In this document: positions 13,346-25,050 of the stretch, piece after piece
How positions within the stretch are numbered: the stretch's first letter is position 1
How the letters are laid out: every line of letters starts with the position of its first letter
Origin: Hydrolagus affinis
Taxonomy: Eukaryota
Length of the DNA stretch: 53,379 nt
Assembly: GCA_012026655.1 (NCBI GenBank)
Contig: JAAILG010002548.1
Location: forward strand, 1 to 53,379
Reading direction: 5' to 3'
The notes under the pieces: model-generated
Seen by the model: the letters and a program-made list of their open reading frames with translations, nothing else
What the model was told of the DNA's origin: nothing
The model's database searches: none
Made by a program: the position numbers and the translations under genes

Positions 13346-13894
13346 ATTGTTTAGTATTATTAAACGATTGGGTATTGTCAAATTATTATTTAGTGTTATC
13401 AAATAATTATTTAATAATAACAATATAAACTAAGAAATAAAAGTAGATTGCCAGTTTTCCTCTCTCCCCACTGGGTTTTAGCCCATTCTCTCTGATGACC
13501 TGACTGAGACGTGTGGGTGGAAATAAATGGTTAAAGCTTCACTGTTGAACACTGTAATGATGCACCAAAATATACCTACCAGGAATTTGAAATATCCAGT
13601 TAAAGGTGTAGCTTAATACTCAATTAATAAAATATTCTTTTTATTCTTTGCATTTGATATAGGACTTGTAACACAAAACATCCCCCAAACGCTTTAACAG
13701 GTAATTAATATTAAAACCCAGGGACACTTTTCAAGATAAATTTGGCATAGTATTTTCCCAGCAGAAAAAGAGAAATGTCTTTCAACTGTCTGTGTAGGCT
13801 TGATTAAAATCCAACATCATCTTAACAGTGCAAAGGACATTCTACAATTAAGGGGAAAATAAATGAATGCTGGAAATTCACAATACTGTACAGT

Positions 13895-14105
13895 ACAAAC
13901 TTTTCATGTTGGGAGGGTGTCCCAAGGGGCTTAACATTCCTGGCTTGGCAGCCAAGGGGATATGGAGGGGAAAGATGACAGAAGACATGGTCAAAAAGGT
14001 AGGTATTGAGAGGTAAGGGAGGAAACATGTCAGAGGGAATCCAGGATGGGGTTCCAGAGATTGGGGCAGATAGGCTAAAAGCCCGCCCACCAGCGGTGGG
14101 GATCA
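13895..14105 (-). mobile_element. L2 LINE 3' fragment
   Basis: Translates ...PTAGGRAFS...NTYLFDH and ends in the ttgggacaccctcccaacatgaaaag terminus. Confidence 0.8.
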
Positions 14106-14702
14106 AAAAGCAAACCAGTGGATGCTGAGCAAGTGATATGATAAAAGAAAATGTGAAAAATGTACAGCAGCTCAATGGACATGTAAATAGAAATACAAGC
14201 TTTCTTAAAAAAACACTTCTGGAGTAGAAGGCCACACCCTGACAGATGTTGTTATTATTTGCCAAAAAATTATAGAATGCAATAATTTGATAATATTTTC
14301 AGAATACAGACTGATAGAGATTTTGTTTTGCAAAGAAAATAATAAAATCTCCAGGACTTAACTGAATTTCCCTTCACCACATGAAGAAATGGGGACCAAA
14401 AGAAAATCTTGCTGTTTGGATTGGACAGAAAGTCACAGGCATTCAAGAACATTGGTGAGTGGGCTAAAGAAATCATATAGTAATTCCGATTGTCTGAGCC
14501 GAATTTAAGGTGGAATGAAACTAAAAGACGATTAAAGAGGATAAAGCATGCCAGAATATCCATCATTACAACTGGAAGTCAGATAGAATTTAATAGTTAC
14601 ACAATTGTTACAGGAATACAGTCTTTTAGTTGTCTCTGAGTCAACTTAAATGCTATTTAGAGTAATCCATCTACTGATACTAATGTGCCTACAAAATATT
14701 CA

Positions 14703-14797
14703 GCCAATTCACTTTACAGTGTATTCTGTGAAGCGCTTGAGATGTCTAGAAGACGTGAAAAGCACCATATCAAATGCACGGATTATTATATTTATTA
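14703..14797 (+). mobile_element. SINE tail fragment
   Basis: attcactttacagtgtattctgtgaagcgcttgagatgtctagaagacgtgaaaagcaccatatcaaatgcacggattatta. Confidence 0.85.
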
Positions 14798-16428
14798 TGC
14801 AAACTGTAATAAGTGTGGCCTGATGATTCCAGTATTCTAGGATTCTATTTTCATTCTTTATCTATCTAACACAAACATATCACTTGCACTCTGGATATTG
14901 TTAACAAAATATAATTTTGTTAGTTCTCTTTTCATTTACTGGTTATCTTTTCTTGACAACATGATGGGGTAGTAACATATGGTCTTCCTAGTCTCATCAA
15001 GATGTTAATTATAAATTATTCCCTAGTTTTCTTCTCCAGATTATCCTTTTGGCTTGTAACTCACGATGGATACCAGCACAAAGCAACTAGATTACCGATC
15101 TCCCCAACAGATGTGTACAAGCACTCATTTGGCTTTAAGCCAAGCCAATGTCATTACAAACTAATGTGCAAAATTCATACCTTTTGAAGATCAACAGTTA
15201 CTAGCGATCAGCAATAATCCAAAAGGCAAAACGTACTCTTTAACCCTGGAGTACATCTTCAAACTAAACATGAATTGTAAGAAAACTAGGATTTATAACG
15301 GTTCAATAAAAAGTCCAACAATCTATATAAAGAATCTCTATGCCATTGAGGCAATATTATCCATCATTATACTTTATACATTATGTGCAATACTTACAGC
15401 CAGGCCAGTCCCAAGTTGCACACATCAAGAGACTTTCTTGAATAATATCCACTGCTCGTCACAGGTGTCAATGGAATCAATCCATTTAGAGATGAATGAT
15501 TCACTTTTACTCCTTTCTAAGGTCTACTCAGTGTTATTTCCCAAAGCAACAGGAATTAAATCAGTCATTAGGGGCTTAAAATCACATTGACACCTTTTTT
15601 TTCCACTAACTGTATGTAAGTTACATGGAGATACTAGCATTAAAACATTCCTTAGTACAGTAGTTGGAAAATATTCTCACAAGCTGCAGTTCATTTAAAA
15701 TTGGGTGTCTTTCTCAATCAGTTAAAGATTTCAGCCAGTGAGCACTTCCATTAGTGCAATGAACCACTCCTTTGTTACCAATAAAGACAATTGACTCCAC
15801 ACTCATTAAAGAAGTCAAATCAACTAGTAATTTTACATTTGCATTTAATGAGTTTCTACAAGATTTCTGCAGAATGTTTCACTTACAATTTATCTCTCTC
15901 TCCCATGTTGGGTAATCTGCCTTAATGTGCAAATAAGATTTTCTTGCATAGAAGTAAGAATGGCATGAAGAGTAGATCTAAACACATAGCAATGGATATT
16001 GAAGCAAAAGCATCACAGATATGAGTTAAGGATCGAAAAGTGTATTGCATTTTTAATGCATTTGCAGATACATTAACTCATCAGGGAATCTGGAATTTCC
16101 GTAGTGGCAAGCAAGTAAGGGTTAATATATTCTACTCCCTCAGGTGATAAACAAATGTAAAATATGTGCGTGAAAGACATTAAAAAGATAATATGGGATA
16201 ATAAAGAAAAATTGGGAAAGATTATAATGGATATTAGAGGATATAGATTCTTAGGGTGTGCTTGTATCAGACCAAAATATTGAAGAACAATTCTTTCAGA
16301 ATAAAAATTAATGCTAATAGTTTGGTTAAAAGATTTGTTTCTGAAAATGAGGTTTAACTTGGGATATTGATCAATAGGATTTCAGTTACATAATGGGGAG
16401 GTTACTGGTTGGTGAGTCTGTGAATTGA

Positions 16429-16862
16429 AGTCCATTTAAGGCCTTACCCACACCCCCTGACCTGCTGACCTGGGGGGTGGGTAAGGCCTTAAATGGACTC
16501 TCTGACCTGCTGATCCCCTGACAACCTGTCCGCTCCCTCCATTCAGCCAGCTATGGCCTGCTCCATGTCTTCCACCTGACCTATCCTACCATTGGTGGCC
16601 GGGCTTTCAGCCTCTCTGTCCCCAAGCTTTGAGACTCCATCCCACAATCGCTTCACCTTGCTCCTGCCCTTGCCTTCTTCAAGCCGATCTCAAGACCCTT
16701 CTTTTCGATTGTACCTTCAGCCGCATTTCTACCTCTCTAACCCGTCATCATCCCAACCCTGCCCCCCTACCCCCCCATGCTCGGGTCCTGTTCAATGCCT
16801 TGGGATGTCCTCCCGATATGTAATGTAATTTTCTACAAATGTAATTTTGTTGTTGTGTTGTT
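16429..16862 (+). mobile_element. L2 LINE 3' fragment with a fold-back duplication at its 5' end
   Basis: attggtggccgggctttcagc...ctcaagacccttcttttcga (LKTLLFD), a C-rich UTR and a (TTG)n end. It is homologous to 21768-22270 and 44187-44533. Confidence 0.9.
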
Positions 16863-16915
16863 GTAGAGGCATCAATTTAAAATAGTCAACCAACAAGTAA
16901 CTAAGGATGTTCAGA

Positions 16916-17030
16916 GAATTTTTTTTCACACATGGTTACCACATGGTATGCCCTGCCATGGATGGTGGAGAAGGTAGAATCCATATTAGCTTTGAAAATA
17001 GAACTAGATAAATATCTAAAAAGGAGTAAT
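16916..17030 (+). mobile_element. CR1 LINE ORF2 C-terminal fragment (left part of an interrupted copy)
   Basis: ttttttcacaca...tggtatgccctgcc...gtggagaaggtagaatccat...gctttgaaaatagaactagataaatatct resembles the CR1 FFTQR/WNALP/FKRELDKYL end. Confidence 0.7.
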
Positions 17031-17061
17031 CCTTTGTCCTATTTATCTCCTCTTTCCCCAT

Positions 17062-17302
17062 GAAATCCAATGGCTTAGTGGACAGAGCCTTCGCCTCGCA
17101 AGCGAGAGGATCTAGGTTCGATTCCCCGGCAGGATGAAGCATTGGGTTTCCTTATTCCACTCACCTCTGTTTACCTAGCAGTAAGTAGGATCCCAGATGA
17201 TTGGCGGATTGGTTCCTGGGGTAATAATCACTTAAGAAAAATGACAATAATAGTTTGGTTACTCAATCCAAGACATATCAAATGCAAGGATTATTATTAT
17301 TA
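17062..17302 (+). mobile_element. tRNA-derived SINE, long variant with a deleted 3' body
   Basis: A-box TGGCTTAGTGG at 17071-17081 and B-box GGTTCGATTCC at 17115-17125. Ends in atatcaaatgcaaggattattattatta. Confidence 0.9.
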
Positions 17303-17324
17303 CACCATTATGTAATAATCAATA

Positions 17325-17491
17325 TATAGTCATGGATTGAAATGAACAAATTATTATTTTTTCATTTCTTGAGGAATTATTATTACAGGTGGAGAGTAAG
17401 GAAACTTGGCCTAGATTTTGCATTGCCGAGAATCGAACCCAGATCTCTTGCTTGTGAGGTGAGTTCTCTAAACACTGAGCTACAAGACTCC
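17325..17491 (-). mobile_element. tRNA-derived SINE, 5' half, short variant
   Basis: The reverse complement starts GGAGTCTTGTAGCTCAGTGTTTAGAG...GGGTTCGATTCTC...GCCAAGTTTCCTTACTC. Confidence 0.9.
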
Positions 17492-17494
17492 ACG

Positions 17495-17740
17495 TGTATG
17501 GGAGTTATGTGGACATGAGCAGGTAAATGTGACATAGGTTTCCACTGAAAACAGCCAGCACACACACTATGGGCCAAATAGCCTTTTTCTATACTGTAAA
17601 TTTGTGTTGTTATATGATTGTAAGGGAAGAGATAGGTGGGGGAAATATGATATTGAATACTCATATGGAGTATAAATGACAGTACAGTCTAGTTGGCCAA
17701 ATAGCCTGTTTCTTACAATCTACAGTATGTAGTTTTATGC
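17495..17740 (+). mobile_element. Two CR1-type 3' UTR tails in tandem
   Basis: Two copies of the CR1 terminal motif: atgggccaaatagccttttctatactgtaa and gttggccaaatagcctgtttc. Confidence 0.65.
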
Positions 17741-20464
17741 ACGTTTCCAGCCAACCCTGAATTCTGCTCTGAATTAGATCATGTCAGGGTGGAGTTTTTA
17801 TATATCAGCCTTCACATATTTGCACAAGTTCAGATGTGAGCAAGTTGAAAAGATTCCTTTATGAGAAATGTCAGAAATTAGACCTCAATGAAATGTGACA
17901 GTCTCTAGATCTGTCTCCCAGTTTCATTCTTAACAGATAGAATTTTAACCTTCTAGAAAATGTGCACAATGCATTAATTTACACCATATAGATGGCGCAA
18001 CAGCTGCTGACCAATTGAACGGCTGTCAGAACACTCCCACCTCTTCCTGTGAGGCAACATTCACATAAGGAAACCTTTATCCTAATGGAACGCAGTTATG
18101 CCTTCAACCTTTCTTAGGCTTCAGAGATTTCCTCCCAACCCATCCCTTGAAAATACTTACAAGACATGTTTTTTTTTTAAAAAAAGACTGTAAGGAAATA
18201 AAGCTTCTTGCATGTCCAAAGTCAAAAAGGTTGGTGGAGCACATGTATTATGCACTGCCTGAAATTAACATTAAGATTAATTGAAGAAAATCTCTTTAAT
18301 TAATGAGCACAGTACAAGTATATTCGAGTCCTTATGGCCCAAAAGTGCATTAAAGTCAATTTGCCAACTGGTGATGGTTAATCAAGCGATAAGCATAATA
18401 ATACAAGCCTGCACAATGCAATAAATGGCTGCTACGCGCTGAATAAACATCAAGACCAGAGGCTGAGTGCTGATCACCTCGCCATTTATTGCCTTGTGCA
18501 TTCTGGGATTCCTGCATTTATTACCACAATATATAGAGGACATGTTATTACTCTGCAACATTCAATAAAATAAAGATAGACATAAGTATCAGAGAATGAC
18601 AAAACAGAGCAACTCTGAAGGAGAAACATTCACAGTGGCGGGTCACAAAACATTTTATTTATAACATATTACCTTTTCAACTGAAATAAACTGATTCTAA
18701 TGAATACCTTTGTGCCTCACGAAAACAGTACAAGCCGCTTTGTTATGCCATTAAATTCTGGTTTCACCGGCACCATGACAAGGATTGATTGGCATTGGAA
18801 GCTCTCTCCTCATGTACAATGACTTGAAAGGAACTTTATGGGTAAGTAACTCCTCTTGCAGTTAAATGCAGTAACAGACATTGTGCACTTATAATAAGGT
18901 ATCCCCATCGTAAGAGCACATCATCAAATCACTATATTTTGTGGCAACAGGCACTCTTGCCACTTTACCAGACATAATCTGTGCATTAATGCGTCTCTGC
19001 CTAAACCTGTCAATTTTCTTTTCCAATTCTGAATTAAGAGTGAAAAAATAAAATGTTACCTGGTAGCTGCTTGTTAGAGACCAATTTGATTCCCAGTTCT
19101 TTATAGTACTGCTTGAGGTATTCTCACTAAAAAAAAACAAAATACAAAACATGATATAGATTTCACAAGTTTACTTTGTAATTCATGGAGTCACACTGCA
19201 GTCAGCATGAGACCATTATGGTGTGAAGATACCTTCTCAAAATGCTCTCTCTTCAATAAGTCAAATTGTCATTTAAAAAATCATAGATATCTTGATTTTA
19301 AATTTTATTTGAGTGTTCTTATTTAATAGATAGCACATCAAGAATCCATTGATAAAAAAAGGCTTCAAAATATCTACATTTAATGGTATTGTTATCTCAT
19401 TCTTACCATACTGTAATTAATTATTTTTTGCTGTGTTTGTTTTGTAGACTTGGTTCAGATAGAATGAGTTTTGAAGAACCTTGGCTGCCAGCATCATGAT
19501 CCTACATTCTGGGAGTGAACTGGGACCACTGACAGCAAGCACCATAGGACATTTCAGGAAGTAATGATAAGTAATTCCAGAGGCAAAAATATTGCTTGGT
19601 TTCTTACTGTAGACAAAGCTAAGGTCAGTAGAACCACAGCATAAATGGGTTGCAAGATTTCTGAGGTGATGCAATTTGTAGCAAATGGCACTGGCAAATT
19701 ATACAATTTTACTACTGGAAATATGCAGAGTACCGGTAATTTAATTGGATCCCTTCCTAATTGAATGAATTTGTATTTTTAATTCAGTGGTGTTAAACAG
19801 TTACTGGCCCACTAACCCAGCATTGGAATATACATACTGTCATTAAGGCTACTCTGGGGGTATTAAGATGATTAAATGGTATAGGAAAATGAAGAATCAG
19901 AAAGAACTGGACTAATTACAGAAATAGCAATAAATACATGGTAGCTTGGACCTTAGATTGGTGAACAGTACTCAGAAAGACTTCTCTCAGTGTCCTTAGG
20001 ACTTTGCAGAGCTTGTGCAGTGAATTAGTGTTCCAGAAACTGTCACAAATGCCAAGAAGTGTGCCAACATTGGTTTTGGATATCGAGATGACAAGGGAAA
20101 TTCTTTGCACTGAGGATTCTCCCCATAATTTCAAAGTCCGTTTTGTTTTGAGCATTGAAGCTTGACTGCTTCAAGACATCTCATCCCATCGTAGAAGTCT
20201 GTTTGTATTTAGGTGAAACAGCGCAAGAGGAATTTCAGCAGTTATAAATAACTGACAGTGATAAGTTTACAATCGGATTAATCAAATGCCTCACAACAAA
20301 AACAAGCCATCAATTAGACATGTTATTTTATCTATTTTACCAGTCAAGTTCACAATTCTTAGACATACCAACTTCTATATGAAATATTAATGTTTAATGA
20401 ATAAAATGTTTTTTCTCCCCTGTCATGTATTAATAAATCATTAGGCTGTTTTTGGAATGAAAAT

Positions 20465-20662
20465 TCTGAGTGATTTTGGTAGAATAGAAAGGGAGACATT
20501 ATTGCCACTGGTACATGAGTTGAAAATTGGAGGGCATCAATGTAATGATAGTTAGCAAGGTGGTAAAGGAGGATGATTAGAAGAATTTTAAAGAATTGTT
20601 AGGAAGTGTCCTGCTGGGTATCATGGTTAAGGCACATTAGCTTTCAAGAAAGAATTAGATGG
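20465..20662 (+). mobile_element. Old CR1 ORF2 C-terminal fragment
   Basis: gagggcatcaatgtaa...gctttcaagaaagaattagat (FKKELD). The probable 3' UTR continues at about 21150-21330. Confidence 0.55.
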
Positions 20663-21149
20663 AGAGCAGCCCTGTTTAATGCCCTTCACTCAAGCATAAA
20701 TTTACTATAACATGGTTGCACTGTGAACCACATCCATTGGACAGGTGCTCAGCTAATCCACTCGTTACCCGTGTGCAGGCCAGCTTTTCATTTAAAATGG
20801 TGTCTGGTCCTTTAGGTTGCCACTGACATCACTCCCAGATTTACTGCATTTGTGCAAGATGGGAAATGGCATCACTGAAGGTAACCTAATACAAGTCAGC
20901 AGTTTTAGGTTCCTGCACAACAAAAATTATCAACTTCCAGGTCATCACCTTGCTGCAAATGTCACTTAATCCCAAATTTGTGTTGGGATGACCCGCTGAC
21001 ACAGAATTTGGCCAGTTGTATTGTACTTTCCTGTAGGTCAGACAGCTGCATGCAGTCGCAGCAAAACCTGTTATGTTACCTCAGTATAATGTGGGTTGTG
21101 ATTTGATGGATCCCAAACACTGTTATAATAAAGCTGCACTCCAAAAAAG

Positions 21150-21330
21150 AATGCATAGCAAAGGAATGTGGAAAAAGCAGGTAAATGGACTGAATGGAGA
21201 TTAAAATTAATAACTGGTTGCGTGGATGGATGGTTGAGGTCAGGACATTGGAGTCTCGTGGCTTTGTGATTGCTCTTTCAGAAACATTTACTCAATTGCC
21301 CTTCTTCTGTGAATTTCTATAGTTCTATAA
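21150..21330 (+). mobile_element. CR1 3' UTR remnant
   Basis: gtggaaaaagcaggtaaatggactg...attgctctttc...cttctgtgaatttctatagttctata, with a CR1-type 8-nt terminal repeat. Confidence 0.5.
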
Positions 21331-21599
21331 CTCCAATTAAACTACTTTATGTTCTACTTGTGAAAAAATGCCAGATGTATAATAAGGGTGTATTTCATTG
21401 TTGAACTCGCTATATTCTGGAAATACTGTATTACATTTCTGAAGTTTCTACTTGGCCTTGACAATAATAGTTGTGTATCCATACAAAGTATAGTAATCTG
21501 TTGTAACCATCAGATTTTAACCCCGCAGGAAATCAGTACGCATCAGCCTAGGTCAGTAGACAATGCCTTGGTTTGTGATCTTGGACTATATAAGTTAAG

Positions 21600-21766
21600 C
21601 ATAATAATAGTTCTTGCATTTGGTATAGCTCCTTATCACGTCTTTGAGCTGTCTCAAAGCACTTCACAGTATATAATATAATATATAATAAAGTAATATA
21701 AATTGACTGTATATTTTGTGGGAGAAACATGGCAGCCAATAGCGCACAGCAGGTGACCCACAAGCA
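21600..21766 (-). mobile_element. SINE 3' half
   Basis: The tail plus ggcagccaatagcgcacagcagg matches the full-length SINE. Confidence 0.85.
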
Positions 21767-21767
21767 G

Positions 21768-22270
21768 ATAATCCCAAACTCTGCGACCCATGTCCTCTAC
21801 CGCTCAAAGCTTTGTGACCCCGTCTCCCCCATCCTCGCCTGACTCCATTGGCTTCCCATAACCCAGAGGATTCAATTCAAGATTCTGGTCCTCACCTTCA
21901 AAGTCCTCCATGGCCTCACCCCACCTTACCTATGCGACCTCCTAACCCCCTACCAACCTGCCTGTCCACTTGAAGTAGCTCCGGCTTGCTCCAAGTCCCC
22001 GACCCACCCATCCCACTACTGACGGGTGGGCCTTCAGCCACTCTGCCCCAACCTATGGAACTCCATCCTGCCTCGCCCTCCTCCCTACCCTCTTTCAAAT
22101 CCCGTCTCAAGACCCTCCTTTTCAACAGTCCCATCAGTCACAACAAATCCCCCCCTTTCTTTCCACCTTCCCTGCCCTGGACCCGCGCTCAGGTCTGATA
22201 CAATGACTGTCCAGTGCCTTGGGACGTCCTCCTAATGTGAAAGGTGCTATACCAGTGTAATTTTGTTGTC
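21768..22270 (+). mobile_element. L2 LINE 3' fragment
   Basis: QNSATHVL...HWLPITQRIQFKILVLTFK...LWNS...FKSRLKTLLF, and the terminus ttgggacgtcctcctaatgtgaaaggtgctata. Confidence 0.93.
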
Positions 22271-22344
22271 ACTGTTGGATTGAGTGACCAATTTATTTGA
22301 CTGCCTTCTACCGACAAAATACACGGTTACTGTGCTTAAGAGGA

Positions 22345-22432
22345 AATCCTGTGAAGCACTTTGAGGCGTCATTTCTCCCCTTCCCCCTCCACGTGAATGG
22401 CTCTACTGTACATCAAATGTAAAGATTATTAT
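22345..22432 (+). mobile_element. SINE tail fragment
   Basis: ctgtgaagcactttgaggcgtc...acgtgaatggctcta...atcaaatgtaaagattatta. Confidence 0.6.
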
Positions 22433-23974
22433 GTTTAATGTAGAACTCTTAAAGATTCATAGCCGTTACTTTTCCAGTTCCATTAAGCACATGCACTTCA
22501 AGACAAGAAAACCATCGTACACAAATGGACTTCAGATGACACGGAGCAGCTGAGAGATTCTAATAGCAGTAAATGTTCAAAATCGTTTTCTCTTTGGCGT
22601 CATTTTAATTTTCATTAACATTTGCAAAAGAGCTGGCTTTGACATGATGACAGAACACTGCTGAAAATAAAGACAGAAAAGATCATGGCATTTTATTATA
22701 ATATATAGCAGCTTTAATACAAAATACCATTTTCCAGCACTCTGCATACATAACAGGCACAGCACCTGAAGACATGGGGAGTAGGAGAAATAAGAAATGC
22801 AAAACTTTCACACTCAGAACTAATGAGATCTGTAGTTATTACCGAAACACTGTCTGCCTGATGACTGATTGATTGCCTTCGTGGGTGACTACGTTTTTTT
22901 ATGCTGCCATCATTAGGCTTCAAAAACTGTAATACTTTTTGCCTCTGAAACTCTTAATGCGCTGTCAAATATCCAGCAGTCTGCATCATTCACATTGACA
23001 AAGTGAACAAAAAGGCTGGGAAACCGCCAGAACTGTAATGCTTATTTCAATGTTTTTTGATCAATAATTGATTGCGACTCATTCTTACTCGCTAACAACA
23101 TTTGTCATTTGCACACACGAACCACATCACGGGTGTCACTGAAAAGTTCCACACTTGAAACGCAAATTTACATTGCTAAATAAAGTTATTTATAACTTTT
23201 TAACTCCTTTAACTGAAAAGCAACAATAATCCCCGTCTCAACTTTCAGTTTTCACTGCACACGCTAAAATGTGCACTTTTTGAAATCTCCTCACTCACAT
23301 GATTGATAAGTGGCATGCAATTTAATGTGAAAGCCTTGAAGCAGATTCTGTGCTAGGCTCTGGCAATGCGTTATCAGAGCAAATGGAACCTTCTCAAGGT
23401 TCATGAAAGATATCGCAACAATGTCTGATAAGAGGAAGCATAAAAAAACAGTTACAGCTAAATCAAATCATGTTGCATTAATAAATCTGTCACCACTTCA
23501 AAAAGACAATTTTAGAAATGACAATGTCTTAATTTCTCCAAATTTCCATCTTTCTATTAAAGGAAAGACTATTAAAGGGTTTCCTTGCCCACAGATCTGA
23601 TTAAACTGATCAATACAACATTAATCTTTGTCAGTTTCCTCCAGCATTATAAATCTAGTTTTAGCCTTTGCTAAAACCGCTCAGATTTAAAGAACAGATT
23701 AATCATTCTGGAAGGTACTTTTTGCAGCATACTCTTTTACTGCTACATAAATCCAATATCACATACCAACTTCAACCTAACTGCCATTTCAGAATTTAAT
23801 TCTGTGAATGTTTCTTCCTTTTTGTGCTTTAAGCATCTCATAAAACATAGTCTAAAGTCTCAACTCTAACCCATTAAGCAAAACTAAACCTTGTTCATTT
23901 GACTTCTATCCTAAATTCTTTTCAGTGCCAGTATTTATTACACCAAAATATATTGCACTATGTCAAATATAGGA

Positions 23975-24272
23975 CATAACATTTGCATTTGATATAGCAC
24001 CTGTAAACATCATAATGATTCATTTTCAAGTTTAGTGATTGGAGGCAGCCAATTTGCACATCAAGATCCCATAAATAGCCATGAGGTGAATTGTCAATTT
24101 CACTGGAGAATTGTCTGCCAGGGCATTAGGAGAAACTCTCTTCTCTTTCCAAATAATGTCATGCAATCTTTAATATCACTTGAGTAGGCAGATTGGTCCT
24201 TGGTTTATGGTCTCATCTGGAGGATGGCACCTCAGACAATGAAGTATTCCCAAAGTACTGTACTGGAATGTG
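23975..24272 (-). mobile_element. DeuSINE relic
   Basis: gcagccaatttgcacatcaagatccca...ggcagattggtccttggtttatggtctcatctggaggatggcacctcagacaatg...gtactgtactggaatgt is the Deu domain in reverse. Confidence 0.75.
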
Positions 24273-24467
24273 TGGAATCAATTTCAAGTTTGCAGCATTG
24301 ATCATCATGGCCATAATACGTGTAATCAAATCCTCGGCTATTTCAGGAGGAGAAGAGATCCTACTTTAGGAGACAAAGTGGAGGCAAAGGATTAAGGAGG
24401 ATTGGGACTGAGAAAAGGAAGTTGGATGAACAAAGAAGGGCGATTAAGGAGGACAGAATGGAGGACC

Positions 24468-24915
24468 TGGTCGACCACTCCATCCCAATCTATTGCCTCT
24501 CCTCTCACCTCACCCCTTGACTACCGGATCACTGCTATCTTGACAGAATGTCTATCAGACATCAAGACGTGGATGGGAGCTAAATTTATGCAGTTGAACA
24601 TTAACAAGATCGAGGCCCTCCTGGTCGGCTATCCTGTCAGAGATTCCACATCTCAGAGGGACAGAGCTGACAGTATCACCATCCATGGATGCACACTCCC
24701 TCTCACTCAGCCAGTCCAGAATCTTGGCATCTTGTTTGACCCTCAACTATCCTTTCTGCCCCACATCCGAGCCATGACCTGCTCTGCCTTCCCCCTACCT
24801 TCTCAATATTGCCCAGCTCGACCACTGTCTCACACAGCCGGCTGCTGAAACTTTCATACATGCATTCATAACGTCCAGGCTTGACTAAGCAAACTCCTTG
24901 TTTGTCGACCTCCTC
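24468..24915 (+). mobile_element. L2 LINE ORF2 internal fragment
   Basis: ECLSDIKTWMGAKFMQLNINKIEALLVG...VQNLGILFDPQLSFLPHI...AETFIHAFITSRLD. Same region as 2184-2700. Confidence 0.93.
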
Positions 24916-25050
24916 ATGGGAGGAGTTTTGAATGGGAAGGGCACAGTGGCAGAAGCTGGAGAAAGGTTGATGATGCCCACGAGCAAAGGTGAATTAGGTG
25001 ATCAGAAGCTGGGCGGGTGGGAGCAAACGATGGGTTTCAGAGAAACAGAA
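24916..25050 (-). mobile_element. Older L2 ORF2 fragment in opposite orientation
   Basis: The reverse complement encodes ...SATVPFPFKT, resembling the L2 SGTVP.PFK motif upstream of the RT domain. Confidence 0.5.

Noticed and set aside
17062-17135. Possible tRNA gene
   Set aside because: It has no proper acceptor stem and continues into a SINE body shared with other copies.
18672-18679. Apparent 8-nt microexon on the minus strand (tttatttcag-ttgaaaag-gtaata)
   Set aside because: It is not frame-preserving, has no support, and is likely chance.
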